NCBI GenBank assembly: GCA_035084275.1
Contig: CM068769.1
Span: 6,758,001-6,822,000 of the forward strand
Length of the DNA: 64,000 nt
Source of the DNA: Hydrolagus colliei
Lineage: Eukaryota
Direction: 5' to 3'
Below the pieces are notes generated by a model that saw nothing but the letters and a program-made list of their open reading frames with translations, did no database searches and was not told where the DNA came from. This document shows positions 1 through 11,029 of the stretch, piece by piece. The position numbers were made by a program, and so were the translations under genes. Positions within the stretch are counted from its first letter, which is position 1; every line of letters starts with the position of its first letter.

Positions 1-112
1 ACAATGTGCTTTACATGTTGTACAGTGTAGTGAGGTAACTGTACATGTTACCGGCTGTATGTGACAGCCAGCTGCACACAGCAGTGTTCCACAAACGCTC
101 ACGGAACGAAAA

Positions 113-145
113 GGCGAGTGGTATATCCAGTGAGCCACAGTAGCA
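113..145 (-). mobile_element. tRNA-derived SINE head abutting the V1 RSS
   Basis: A-box-like TGGCTCACTGG (127-137) followed by CACTCGCC, as in the SINE at 4.8-4.9 kb. Confidence 0.55.
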
Positions 146-184
146 TGTTTGTGTACAGGCTCCTCTTAGACACGCAGCACTGTG
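146..184 (-). other. 23-RSS of V1
   Basis: CACAGTG (178-184), 23-bp spacer, ACACAAACA (146-154). Confidence 0.92.
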
Positions 185-637
185 CTCTCTGCTGCACAGA
201 TGTAAGTGGCGGTGTCTGTCACTCGCACGTCTCTGACTGTCAGTGTGCTGTTCTTCTCTTTTGTATCAGCCAAAGTACTTATCCTCTCCTCCGCCTTTAC
301 CTCCCTTTTTCCCAACACCAATAATCATATGGAGCCATTTCCATACTGTGTGTACCAATGAAAAGATGGGTTGAGCAAAGTGGTGTTGCCATCTATATAT
401 ATTTCCATTTTCATTCCCTGTCAGTAACAAAGGTCTCTGTGACACTTCGCTTTCAGCCAAGACACCTGGAAAATAGAAATTAACAGTCATCGAAAGAAAT
501 TCGGAAAATATCTCCAACAAACTTAGAATTATTTAACAGGAAACAAGGATGTCTTTGCGTAAACTCACACTCTACCTACAGAAGAGCGACAGCATGAAAT
601 TAAAAATACTACACGTTTCTTGGTAACAAGGCTTCAT
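185..637 (-). pseudogene. TCR alpha/delta-type V segment V1 (pseudogene); leader 580-637, V exon 185-465
   Basis: Leader MKPCYQETCSIFNFMLSLF with donor GTAGGT, acceptor TTTTCCAG. V exon reads VLAESEVSQRP...WYTQYGNGSI*LLVLG...DVRVTDTATYICAAE. It has a 2-nt frameshift around Cys23 (TGC>GGC) and an in-frame TGA. Paralog of V4 and V6. Confidence 0.9.
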
Positions 638-778
638 TCTCAATCCTCGTCGATTCATGTCAGAACCTCCAGGTGAAATGCAGGTAGACACCAGCTAACT
701 GCTGATAAACGATAATTAAGGTTTGTCGAGTACCGCTAACTGTGTAGGTTATAACTAAACTCTCGGTTGCGCCTCCAC

Positions 779-786
779 TGACGTCT
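779..786. promoter_or_regulatory. CRE-like element in the V1 promoter
   Basis: TGACGTCT lies 142 bp upstream of the leader ATG. TGAC motifs sit at the same offset for V4 (7591) and V6 (10607). Confidence 0.5.
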
Positions 787-1679
787 TTTTACCCGTATGT
801 GTGCTGGTATGACATTCATTCCCCAATCTGCTGCCAAAAGAGTTCAGTTAGCCTATACGATAGGACGTTACTGCACTTTTAAGTAGATTATTTTAAGCAA
901 TTTGATTCACGTGAAAGAAATAATCTGGACTATATCGAATTCAAGGAATATAGCTGTTAGTGTTATTAATGTTGTTATTATAAGTTTCTAGTGGAATGCA
1001 CTATCGGAAGAAATATGCCTTCAAGGATTTATTTATGTTTAACATTCTTTTGCATACATCCTTATCAAATCAGTTCATGGAAGATTCCGATAGGTCCTCA
1101 CAGGCTTTTCTCTCGATGACAGAGACTGTGTGGTTGGCAACCTCATCAGCTAATTCATTTAAAACAATGTTCCCTCAATCATCTGTGAAGTGAACGAACA
1201 ATTGTGCTGATGGAATGTCTGCTAGTCAAAATGAGAAACCCTGTTATTGCTCCGGCAGGTACATGGGATCATTAACGACGCTTGTTACAAACCGACTGGA
1301 CGTCTGCTTGGTCGTTCAACACTACTACAGCTTCTCTGAGATTTCTAGACACACCCAGACCTGCACTGGAATGCCATCCCAATACATCAGTCACGAATCT
1401 AATATATCATCCACAGCATTTAAGGCACCTTTGAGTGTATTAAGTGGAAACGAAAATATAAAGTGTAAAGGAAGTTTGATTATTATTATATGGTACTACA
1501 AAAATATTTTTAAAAATATCTTTGGATTTGATAAAGCGACATTTTGCGCACGTCTCAAAGTGTTTCACAGAATATACTATAATGTGTCTAGACAGTTTGT
1601 GTGGGCAAAGCAGTGTCGCACAAACATACGTGGGTAGAGTGATTGGATTTATATTATTGTGTTTATTTAACGGATTATA

Positions 1680-2230
1680 ACAACAAAAACAACAATTTAC
1701 ATTTATATAGCGCCTTTCACGTCGGGAGGACGTCCCAAGGCGCTAAACAAGAGGCGTGTGACCCGAGCTGGGAGGGGAGTGTTTGGGAAGGGGTGAAACA
1801 CGAAGGGTTGGTAAAAGAGTTCGGGGTGGAACAAAAGGCACGATCGAAGAGGAAAGTCTTCAAATCGGCCATGAAATAGGAAAGGGAAGAGGCGAAACGG
1901 AGGGATTGAGGGATGGCATTCCATAAGGTGGGAGCGGAGAAACTGAAGGCCCGGCCTCCGATGGTGGGGTGGTTCGGGTGGGGGGCTTGGAGCATGCCAA
2001 GTCCTGTTGAACGGAGTCCTGTATAAACCCAGGGAAAGCAATTCACCCCTGGACTAACACGAAGTTTCTGGGCAGAACAAGAAGGTTTAACGAGCAGTTA
2101 CTAGCTGCTCAGCAACGATGTATGCTCTTGCAGATGATGGAACAATGCCTAAGGATTCCCAACGCCTGGGAGTCCAAGCCGGGTCCGCTGGAGAGCAAGG
2201 CGAGTACTCCAAACCCTGCACTACACTCCA
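1680..2230 (-). mobile_element. L2-type LINE/SINE 3' fragment
   Basis: Minus-strand translation TIGGRAFSFSAPTLWNAIPQSLR...FMADLKTFLF, ending in the GGGACGTCCTCCCGACGTGAAAGGCGCTATATAAAT + (TTG)n tail. The same family recurs throughout the window. Confidence 0.8.
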
Positions 2231-2331
2231 CAGCCTCTGTACACCACCCACACTGTTATAATAGTGTAGCCACCTCAGTGTGTGGGTAGCACCAAGTTGA
2301 ATATGTGAGAGGAAGTCACGATTGTCTGCTG

Positions 2332-2370
2332 AGGTTTTGTACAGTATATCTGGCATCCTATCACAGTATG
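2332..2370 (-). other. Defective 23-RSS of V2
   Basis: CATACTG (invariant CAC changed to CAT), 23-bp spacer, ACAAAACCT. Confidence 0.85.
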
Positions 2371-2837
2371 GGCTCCAGGGCACAGTAATACATGGCGCCA
2401 TCACCCACATCCTCCCTGAGTAGTTGCACGTTAAATACTTTATTCCCCTTGTCCAGCTTGGCTGTGAAGCGGTCGGGAATAACAGGAGCTTTGACTACAT
2501 TTCCCGAGCTAAATATAATGAGCAGGTACTGAAGTAATCCATGGGATATTGCCTGTACCAGAAGGCAGTGTTCATTGTGGAATAATTGCAGTTTATTCTC
2601 ACGTCTTGTCCTTCAAACTCCATTATCTCAGGAGGATATTGGAATATTACATCTTTACCAGTAACTTCTGCGATAAAAAATTCAAAATATTTTACACAGG
2701 GCAAAGATTAATTTGCAAATAGAATAATACTTATGATTACTGCGTTAGGTATCGAGAATTTGCACAACAATCAGACGTTACCAAAAACATGCATACAAAA
2801 CACTCACAGAATATAATAGCAAATGAATTGCCTCCAT
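2371..2837 (-). pseudogene. TCR alpha/delta-type V segment V2 (pseudogene); V exon 2371-2667, probable leader 2782-2837
   Basis: EVTGKDVIFQYPPEIMEFEGQDVRINCNYSTMNTAFWYRQYP, then a 1-nt frameshift, then LQYLLIIFSSGNVVKAPVIPDRFTAKLD...DGAMYYCALEP. Leader MEAIHLLLYSVSVLYACF ends in phase 2, mismatched with the exon. Confidence 0.88.
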
Positions 2838-3217
2838 TCTTTTCAGGCGAAACGCGGCAGTACAAGGCACTGCCGCACACACCGTCATAGAGTGAGAGCT
2901 CAAATTACTCTTATTGTTAGTAACTTTTTTGATGAGAATGATCAGATCTGGAAAGCGATCTGCTTCCTGATTACTGCTAGACTCGTGAAGGCGTGTGCAT
3001 GGTGCAAAGCGACTTGTCCAACAGTTAGTCTTGCCGTGAATCCAACTAAGGTGTTCACTTTTTCAATGGGAGTATAGTGCTCTAAAAGCTACACTGCCGA
3101 TATTATATAATAATAATACTACTGGCATTTGATATAATGCTTTTCACATCTTGCAATACTAAATCACATGCACTAGGCATGTCCACACATATTGACTGGC
3201 TATGGTGAGGATTGCTA

Positions 3218-3636
3218 TCAGTAGCTAACAGTGCGTGCCCTGTCATGCTGGCTGCTGAGATGAGTGCAGATAGTGGAATCTCTCCCTGTATGTGTCTGTT
3301 CGACTGCTTCAGTTACAAATAGTGAGACAGCGGCTGATCTGCTGTATGCAGTCAGTGAGATATTCAATAAAATTGTAGGCGTGTCACACCAACTAGAGGA
3401 TCTTGGCCTTAATCAGCTGCTGATTGGCTACAGGCGGATCTTGGTTAGAATAAGAGGAATAGATACATGTTTCACCCACAATCAAACGTTTACAGTCTAT
3501 CATCAAGACTGAGATGACAACCTGCCTCTTTTGCTGGTACCGGCTCTGATGAGTCAGAACGTTTTGGTTCAGGCATCACGTTGGTGCACTGAGATCATGC
3601 TTCAACTGCAATTCAAATTGATGACTGTGTCAGGGC
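3218..3636 (-). pseudogene. Possible highly decayed V relic
   Basis: Ordered V-like words ALTQ, QC, RYQQK and LISAASMT..VSY*. Spacing between the last two is too long, and there is no clear RSS. Confidence 0.3.
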
Positions 3637-4779
3637 GGTATTGTCAACAAAACTTAGATAGATCCAACGTTCGCTTCATGTTTATTCGTGGTAGCATTAC
3701 TGTGTTCACATTACCTATTGTATTTCTCTTCAAAATGCAGTCAAGTTTTGTCACATTAACTCATATTAGACGCTTTGTTAGCATCTCTTATATGAAGGCA
3801 TGTTATAATATCAAAGGATTCTTCTAATTATTATCGCTATGCAGTTCCATTTGAAACTGCATCCAAGGCAGGACGGCCCAAACTAAGAAATATCATTAGT
3901 TCTTTAAATCAATAAGAAAATTAAACTGTACACTTTTATTCTCCTTTCCTAAATTAACCGAAGGAAATGCACATGTAGCCATTGATAAAGCCTACAATAT
4001 TGAACACCAGAGTGACAGCCACTCAATGGTGGCTGCTTATTTCCGGGGAAGACAATAAGATAGAAAATGTATCATATCAAATGATTCTGAAACAACAATA
4101 ACATTAATCATGTTTAAGCAAATAAACATTAGCACTTTTCAGCTGCAGCGGCAATAGTGTATATGAGGCACCAACGTCAACTGTAACAGGAAGCACCTTC
4201 TTTAGCTCACAAGGAAGTTAGTTACAGAAAGGAACGAGGCAAGTTATGTCAGTTGGAGCTCATGTTAGCTACTGCATGTGCTTAGTGCGCCATCTGGTGG
4301 TGGACTGCAGGTACAGAACGTGCACAATTGGAGACATTTCACGGTAAATGGTTTCCAGCCAGGCTCAACATCCCCTTTCTTAATGGCGCTGTATAAACGT
4401 AAGTTATTTATTTATTTAATTATTTAAAATTATTTTACAACATACTAGAAGACCATAGAAAGGCTCGTACATGTGGCAGGAGTCCCAGAAAGGCACGAGC
4501 TTTGAGGATATCTATATGACAGCAGCATGACTGTGTTTAACAAAAATATCAATATTCCTTTGCCTTTGATATATCATTAAATCTTATCATCGAGGAGCAT
4601 CAAAGCGCGTTATAAAATGTACCAGAAATGCATTGACTACTTATTTCTGTGAGCGAATTGCGAAAGACAAGTTTGCATATCAGTGATGCTTTGGATTGAA
4701 GGACCCATTTATTAATGTCATCAATATTTTGAAGGAATTATTACACCCGGAACAGCGATCCACCAATCCACTAACAACA

Positions 4780-4921
4780 CCGTTTCGACTTACTACCATG
4801 CACACAGCCGCATATATGTGGATTAAGGAAACTTGCCCCACATTTCGCTCAGCCGTGAATTCAAACCCTTGTATATTGGCTGTGAGGCGAGTGTTTTACC
4901 CACTGAGCTACAGGACTCCAC
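4780..4921 (-). mobile_element. tRNA-derived SINE abutting the V3 RSS
   Basis: A-box TAGCTCAGTGG (4900-4910), B-box-like GGTTTGAATTC, body GGGCAAGTTTCCTTAATCCACA. Confidence 0.75.
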
Positions 4922-4926
4922 ATGGT

Positions 4927-4965
4927 AGTTTTTGTGTGGAGGTAACGCTGATCTGTGTCTCTGTG
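4927..4965 (-). other. 23-RSS of V3
   Basis: CACAGAG, 23-bp spacer, ACAAAAACT. Confidence 0.9.
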
Positions 4966-5802
4966 GGGCTCAGTGCACAATAATACACCGCCGAGTCTGT
5001 GACCCTCACTTGGGAAATATTTAATGGCAAGGTTATCCCCACTTTATCCACTGTTGCTGTGAAATGTCCTTTGGCAAACTCTGCATATTGTGCTCTGTTG
5101 CTGGTGGATGTGCTGAGGTTATATGCTGGAGCTGAGTTGGGATAGTGACGGTACCAGAACAGATATATCCCGTTGTCGATTGTAGCTGTATAATTACACT
5201 GCAATATTGCATTCTCCCCTTGATCTGCTGTCACAGTCGATTTGAGCTGTGTCACAGCGTATCCTTCATAATGTCCTAGAAACAGTATAAATAAAAACTA
5301 ATATTAACCTAAATAAAAATGGTAATAATCGCACAAATATTTATATTAGTAATCCTTACGTTTGCTACAGCGCCTTAGACCATATCCGCAACAGCACAAA
5401 GCGCTTCACAGAATATTAGTTTAGCACATGTTCTGGGCAAAACGTCAGAAATATTCGCGTATCAATGTCCCCAAAACACTAGTAATTGATTGACTTATAT
5501 ACGACTTGATATTTTTGGAAGTAAATGCTTCAGAGACGCGATCAGTAAGTTTACCTACAATGGGGTTCATATCTAATACTACTGAAACATGGACGTGTTT
5601 GTGGCGCAAGTAAACTTGCCTGTAGATTTGCGCTCCCTATTCACTATGTTACAGGACGCTACCGCTTTTCAAGCCCTGCATTTTTTGGTTAATTCGTATA
5701 ATAAGTAAAAATACTCATTGGATTATATGTCTGTGAATATATAGAGTGAGTGCGTGGCTTACCTGCGAAGATAACGACCACTGCTGCCAGGTAAATATAC
5801 AT
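4966..5802 (-). CDS. TCR alpha-type V segment V3, apparently intact; leader 5763-5802, V exon 4966-5275
   Basis: Leader MYIYLAAVVVIFA+G|GTAAG splices in phase to TAG|GA. The exon encodes ...AVTQ...LQCNY...LFWYRHYP...VRVTDSAVYYCALSP, with Cys23, Trp41 and Cys104 present and no stops. Confidence 0.9.
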
Positions 5803-6834
5803 TGTGACATGTGTGTTTAGTGGCACATGGTGTTGGGCGAGCATTGATGATGGAGTTCCACACCGTTGGCTGGGAGGCAATTAGATGCGGTGTGGAGGGC
5901 AGAACAAGATATGACATGCAGTGTTTGCCATAGGCTGTGAATGAGCAGGTCTGAAGGCTATTCACAAAACTCGTGTCTCTTTCATTTTGCATCATTCACT
6001 CTGTTCTGCCATTTCGCAACCCCATTGGATCTCTTCCATCAATATGGTAAAGAGCTGAAACGGGTCATTGAGAGGGTTCAGAGCCAATGGGTAGGAGACA
6101 CGTTACATCACCAGTTTCTCTGATGTCTATGCCCTAGTTACTTGAAAGTTTCGTTCCTGCCACATTTCCTCTCCAGGCTTCTCGGTTACAGCCGTTTGCG
6201 TATAAAGCACAAGTATTTTTCAGCACGATTCATCGCCGAAACTTGGTTTGTTTCCCTGAATGACATTGCGTATTTTATTAACCAGTATTGAAACATGCGA
6301 AGAACATATCTCATGATTTTGATTGCACGAATCTAAATTTGATTTACAATATATGTTAGTGTGTTTGATGTAGCATCTTAGCGCATCTTCAAAACATCTC
6401 TAATCTCTTCACAAGAAGGACTGCCATAGGTAGCGATTATGTATTTTCTCAATAAAATACACGACAGCCAATTGCACACAGCCTTGTCCAGCAAAGCGTA
6501 ATGGAGAGTCTTCCATTTCGTTATTGGAGTGTTGCCCCAGGAAAAGCTATCGGCCAGTCATCTAGCAGCTGGTTTACTACGTAATGCTCTGCATTGGTTT
6601 AATAATAAATCTTTCATTTTAAATTGTGCCTGATTCATTATTCAGAGTTCTGCTGTGAAATGAATTGAACTGATTTGTTGGGCTAATTACAGCAGGCAAT
6701 TTGTGCAGAGCAGCGTCTCACAAACAGTCGTGGATTGAAGTGAACATTTGTATTTTTTAAAAGGAATTATGACCCTCAGGATAGTGATCCCTCAATCAAC
6801 GGCGAACCAGTTACCTAGAAACTACTACAATTTA

Positions 6835-6945
6835 CAGAGGCGTGTGGAATAAGGAAAATCGCCCAATATTTTGTCCAGCCAACAATCGAACCCCAGCTCT
6901 ACTTGTTTCCGAGATGAGATATTTACACGTTCATATACAGGGTTC
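6835..6945 (-). mobile_element. Decayed tRNA-SINE abutting the V4 RSS
   Basis: B-box GGGTTCGATT (about 6884-6893) and body TTGGGCGATTTTCCTTATTCCACAC. Confidence 0.55.
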
Positions 6946-6951
6946 TCGTCC

Positions 6952-6990
6952 TGTTTTTGTACAGGCTCCTCTGAGACACGCAGCACTGTG
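6952..6990 (-). other. 23-RSS of V4
   Basis: CACAGTG, 23-bp spacer, ACAAAAACA. Confidence 0.95.
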
Positions 6991-7448
6991 CTCGTTGCAC
7001 AGAAGTAAGTGGCCGTGTCTGTCACTCGCACATCTTTGATTGATAATGTGGGTTTTTTCAAGTTTGTGTCAGCCAAGGCACTTATCCTCGCCCGTTTCTT
7101 CATCTCTCTGGTTCCCATCACCAAGTACTGGATGGAACCATTTCCATACTGTTTGTACCAATGGAATACGTCGACAACGCCAGTGGTGTTGCAATCCATA
7201 GATACATTTCCATTTTCATTCCCTGTCATTGTCTGTGGACTCTGTGACTCTTCGCTTTCAGCCAACACCCCTGGGTAATATAAATCAATAATAGTTGAAA
7301 GAAATTCGAAAAGTATCAGCAAAGCTAATTTGTACTTATTCGGCAGTGAAACGTGAAGCTAGTGTTGTTCAAACACATACACCCACTTACACAAAACTAA
7401 TACGAAGAAATTAATAACAGCGTATGTTGCAGTGAAATTCTGCATCAT
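6991..7448 (-). CDS. TCR alpha/delta-type V segment V4, apparently intact; leader 7391-7448, V exon 6991-7270
   Basis: Leader MMQNFTATYAVINFFVLVL+T|GTAAGT, acceptor CCAG|GG. Exon VLAESEESQSPQ...SMDCNTT...FHWYKQY...DVRVTDTATYFCATS is open with all canonical residues. Confidence 0.92.
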
Positions 7449-7999
7449 TCTCAACCGGCGTCGAATCACGACGAAGTGATTGTTCCATATGCAACAATAA
7501 ATCAGCCACAAGGCAGCTCCTCAATTATACATGTGTAATCATTCGTGGAATCGACAATGAGCCCTGCGTCATTACCTTGTCTGTGTTCATTGACGAAGAC
7601 ATTTTGCGACTCCTCCTCACATCACTTTTAGCTTTATCAATTCTTCTTAGCGACTCGAAGCACTTCACTGATTATAACCAAGAGTGAGTTTCCCAAATAC
7701 CATGAGTGTTATATCTGCAAGAAAACTGCGTACAGCAGTCTACCACAAACAGTATAATTGGATGAAAGTCCCCTTTGTTCTTCTGATTTATTATTTTTGA
7801 ACTAATTGTTACCCCCAGAAAAACGATTCAGTAATTCAATAAAAATAAGTTTACTATTTTTTGCTGGGGTAACGAGGGGGTCAATGATTTAAGAGTAGGG
7901 GTAAGCCTTTTCGCACAGAAGAACATATTTCTTCACTCATATGCTTGTAATGCGTGAAGGTAGATTTCCATAAATTCACTCATAAGGAAGTGAATTTAT

Positions 8000-8210
8000 G
8001 GATTCTCGACGTCCCCAAAAGCTGTAGATGCTCAATCCTTGAACATAATGCAATACTGAAATTGATAGATTTGCTATGGATAAAGGGATTAAGAGATACA
8101 AGTGATAGACAGGGGCAGTTTGAATTAGATTGGAAGATAAGTTATAAACTTTTTGAATGGCGGAACTGGATAGAGGGGCCGAATGGCCTATTCCTGCCCC
8201 TTATTCTTAT
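8000..8210 (+). mobile_element. CR1 LINE 3' remnant
   Basis: Degenerate CR1 3' end with the GAGGGGCCGAATGGCCT...CCTG motif. Confidence 0.55.
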
Positions 8211-8300
8211 TTTCTTGTTTTTAAACGTGTTTAAATGCTGCTTATTTTTTCTTGAAGCAATGATGCCCCCTTGCGGTGTAGCAGCAAAATAACCGGTTGT

Positions 8301-8339
8301 TATTTTTGTACAGAGCCCCCATGAGACTGCAGCAGTGTG
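8301..8339 (-). other. 23-RSS of V5
   Basis: CACACTG, 23-bp spacer, ACAAAAATA. Confidence 0.88.
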
Positions 8340-8642
8340 GGCTCCATGGCACAGTAATACACAGCAATGTCCCTGATCAGGACTGTGCCAATCCTCAGTT
8401 CGAAACGTTCCCTCGATTTATTGACAGTGGAGGAAAATCGAGCTGGGAAGTCAGGGTTCCTGTGAACGTTAGTCGCTGTCCCCGAAATAAATACATAGGA
8501 GCGTGGCTGGAAGCTTGTCTGTACCAGAAGCGAGCATACGCATCACTGATTTTCTTGAAGCTGCAGGACAATTTCACATCTTGTGCCCCTAGAATCGATA
8601 TTTCAGACATCGATTGTTTCCCCATTTCCTGTAAGCTGCTTC
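8340..8642 (-). pseudogene. TCR alpha/delta-type V segment V5 (frameshifted); leader unresolved
   Basis: QDVKLSCSF...RFWYRQASSHAPMYL, then a frameshift, then NPDFPARFSSTVNKSRERFELRIGTV...IAVYYCAMEP. Candidate leader MNPIWLYSLTWLIF* (about 8712-8756) contains a stop. Confidence 0.85.
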
Positions 8643-9269
8643 CTGTGATTGAAATCGACAAGGTTATTGAGAAGCAAGTTTGTATTACATAGGGATCCTG
8701 CTGCTCGATGGTTAGAAAATTAGCCACGTAAGAGAGTAGAGCCAGATTGGATTCATGAGCAGTGCAATTCCTCAGCTAAAATTATTTTCTGCACATGCTT
8801 CTGTGATCCTACTAGTAACTAGAAATCCAGCTGTTAGTCAATTCGCGGATTGCTAATCTGGTGCAAATCATTCATAAATGTAAATAAATAAAAAATAATA
8901 TTAATTTCGTCACTGAATCCGTGAAGGTTTTTCGTGCACCGTTGAGCAAAGTTGGCTGTTATTTTGTACCCAGAAAATACACTGTCAATTCGCTTTACGG
9001 TATATTGTAGAGCGCGTTGAGACGTCTGAAATTTGTGAAGAAGCACTTCAGAGAATCCCAACTATCATTAATATTATTATTAGTTTTATTCTACTGAAGC
9101 CTTTAGCAGATATTATGGGAAAATAGTAAAGGTGTAAGAAGGTTACATACGAGAAAGTAAGCCAAGAGTTACTGAGAGCACAGTGCACTACGCCCACAGG
9201 AGCATCCAAATAATTTGCCTGAAATTAACAAAGTAACATGTGGCTGTTTACATAGTGAATGTGGATGAA

Positions 9270-9520
9270 ATGTAGACGCTCACTCACTGCCCCGCCCACA
9301 TGGAAACACGCCCACATTGACATCGCTCCGCACACACAATGCCCCGACCACACAGAGCATCGCCCAGACAGAGCCCCTCCCACACACAGCCCCGCCCACA
9401 CGGAGCCCCGCCCACACATAGCCTCGCCCACAAGGGCCCAAAGAGAGCTCCGCCCACAAGGGGCCCCGCCCACGTAGTCACTGCCACTCGCAGACAAAGC
9501 TCCACCCACAGAGGGGATTT
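9270..9520. repeat. Degenerate ~20-bp GC-rich minisatellite (GCCCCGCCCACAC-type)
   Basis: Repeated CCCGCCCAC cores. Confidence 0.75.
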
Positions 9521-9869
9521 GGACACCACCTCAAACCTCCTCCTCCCAGATCATATTCTGTGTTGGTGTGAAGCGTCTTGTTCATCTGCGTCTTACACAG
9601 GGACGCTCGTGATTACTCGATCAAGCAAACCTGCGGTAGGGCTATAATTGTAGTTTCTCAGGATTGTAGAAGAGTTAATGGTAATTTCACAGAAAACTTT
9701 TTAATTTTTATTTCCCGCTAAATGCGGCAGCCAATTCCGCATATCAGCGTCCCACAAGTGGCTTGGATGGGAGAGGAACGATTTATTCAAAGGAATGCTT
9801 GTCCCCAGGAAAGCGATACGGTCAATCGATCAAAAAGCCGGTTCTTCCATATCTCAATGTAAATAGATG

Positions 9870-9980
9870 TGTGTGGAGTAAGGAAGGCGTTTGCTGAGTG
9901 TTTCACCCTGCGGAGATTCCAGCTGAGCTTCCCTTGTTTGCAACGCAAGTTATATAACCATTGAGCTGCAGCAACCTCAG
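9870..9980 (-). mobile_element. tRNA-SINE abutting the V6 RSS
   Basis: A-box-like CAGCTCAATGG (9958-9968) and body TTCCTTACTCCACACAC. Confidence 0.6.
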
Positions 9981-9982
9981 CA

Positions 9983-10021
9983 TGTTTTTCTACAGGTCCT
10001 TCGCAATCACACATCACTGTG
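9983..10021 (-). other. 23-RSS of V6
   Basis: CACAGTG, 23-bp spacer, AGAAAAACA. Confidence 0.9.
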
Positions 10022-10465
10022 CTCTCCGCACAGAAGTAGGTGGCGCAGTCAGAAACTCTCACGTCTCGGATCGATAACGTGCTATTTTTTGCAACAGTCA
10101 AAGCATTTATCCTCTCCTACGGCTTCATCTCTCTTGATCCCAACACTAGTAATTGGATGGAGCCGTTTCCATACTGTTTGTACCATTGAATGGTTGGGCT
10201 GGGCACAGTGGTGATGCACTCTATAGATGCATTTCCATTTTCCGTCTCAGTCAAGGACAGTGGTCTATGTGTCACTTCGCTTTCAGCCAACACACCTGTG
10301 GGAACAGACATGGACATTCCAGCAAAGAAAATGGGAAAAAAGCTGCAAAAAAAATTCAGTAAATAGGAAAACGAGAATGTGTTTGTCCAAACTGGGGCTT
10401 TACTTACGGAAGATCAGAATCATTAAATTAAGAATAATATGCATTGCGGTGTAGCATTGCTTCAT
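10022..10465 (-). pseudogene. TCR alpha/delta-type V segment V6 with a single premature stop; leader 10408-10465, V exon 10022-10295
   Basis: Leader MKQCYTAMHIILNLMILIF+C|GTAAGT. Exon VLAESEVTHRP...IECITT...QWYKQY...REMKP*ERINAL...VSDCATYFCAE has an in-frame TAG at 10117-10119. Confidence 0.9.
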
Positions 10466-11029
10466 TCTCAATCCTCGCTGAGTCAAGTCAAAGTCTGGCA
10501 GGGAATTGCAACGGGAAATCATCCAAAGCCTGATAAGCATTTATGAATGTTTGTCGAATGCTCTTAACTTTGCAGCTTATAACTATATTCTGAGTGACGG
10601 CATCACTGACATCTCACTTCCTGTATGTGTGCTTGTGAAACATTCATTCGTTAATCCACTATCATTAGGGTTAACACTTACAGCTTGTTGAAAAGTGGCA
10701 TGTTTGTGACATATTTGACCTATTCCATAAATATGCAAATGTCTCATCACCTGGGATGAAGTACAAATATCTCCCTTGACATGGATGGCTCGGTTATTTA
10801 TTTTTACCTTCTATTTGAATTTGTCAAAGATTGTTGAATTGCAGATTATAAATTCGGTGCTTGGCATTGATGAACTCAATTGATTGAATACAATAAGTTG
10901 CCATGTAGATCTCTCGCTCTCAAGCGTCTCGCACAACTATTTTCAGATTGGAAACAAGGCCAGTTATATGTTCAGCATGTCGTTTGTGACCTAGAGTAGG
11001 GTAGGTTCCATGCTGTGGAACCTACCCTA

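Noticed and set aside
5330-5420. Possible nearby leader for V3 (GTAAGG donor)
   Set aside because: It has no open leader frame and matches a repeat tail. The better leader is 5763-5802.
8340-8760. NAR-TCR-style leaderless supporting V
   Set aside because: A decayed leader candidate exists, no upstream NAR V was found, and the exon is frameshifted.
9179-9220. Plus-strand CACAGTG after GAGAG
   Set aside because: There is no nonamer at 12 or 23 bp and no upstream V frame.
9560-9640. Acceptor-like CCGCAG|GTTTGCTTGATCGAGTA resembling a V exon start
   Set aside because: It has stops and lacks Cys23, Trp41 and an RSS; the evidence is too weak.
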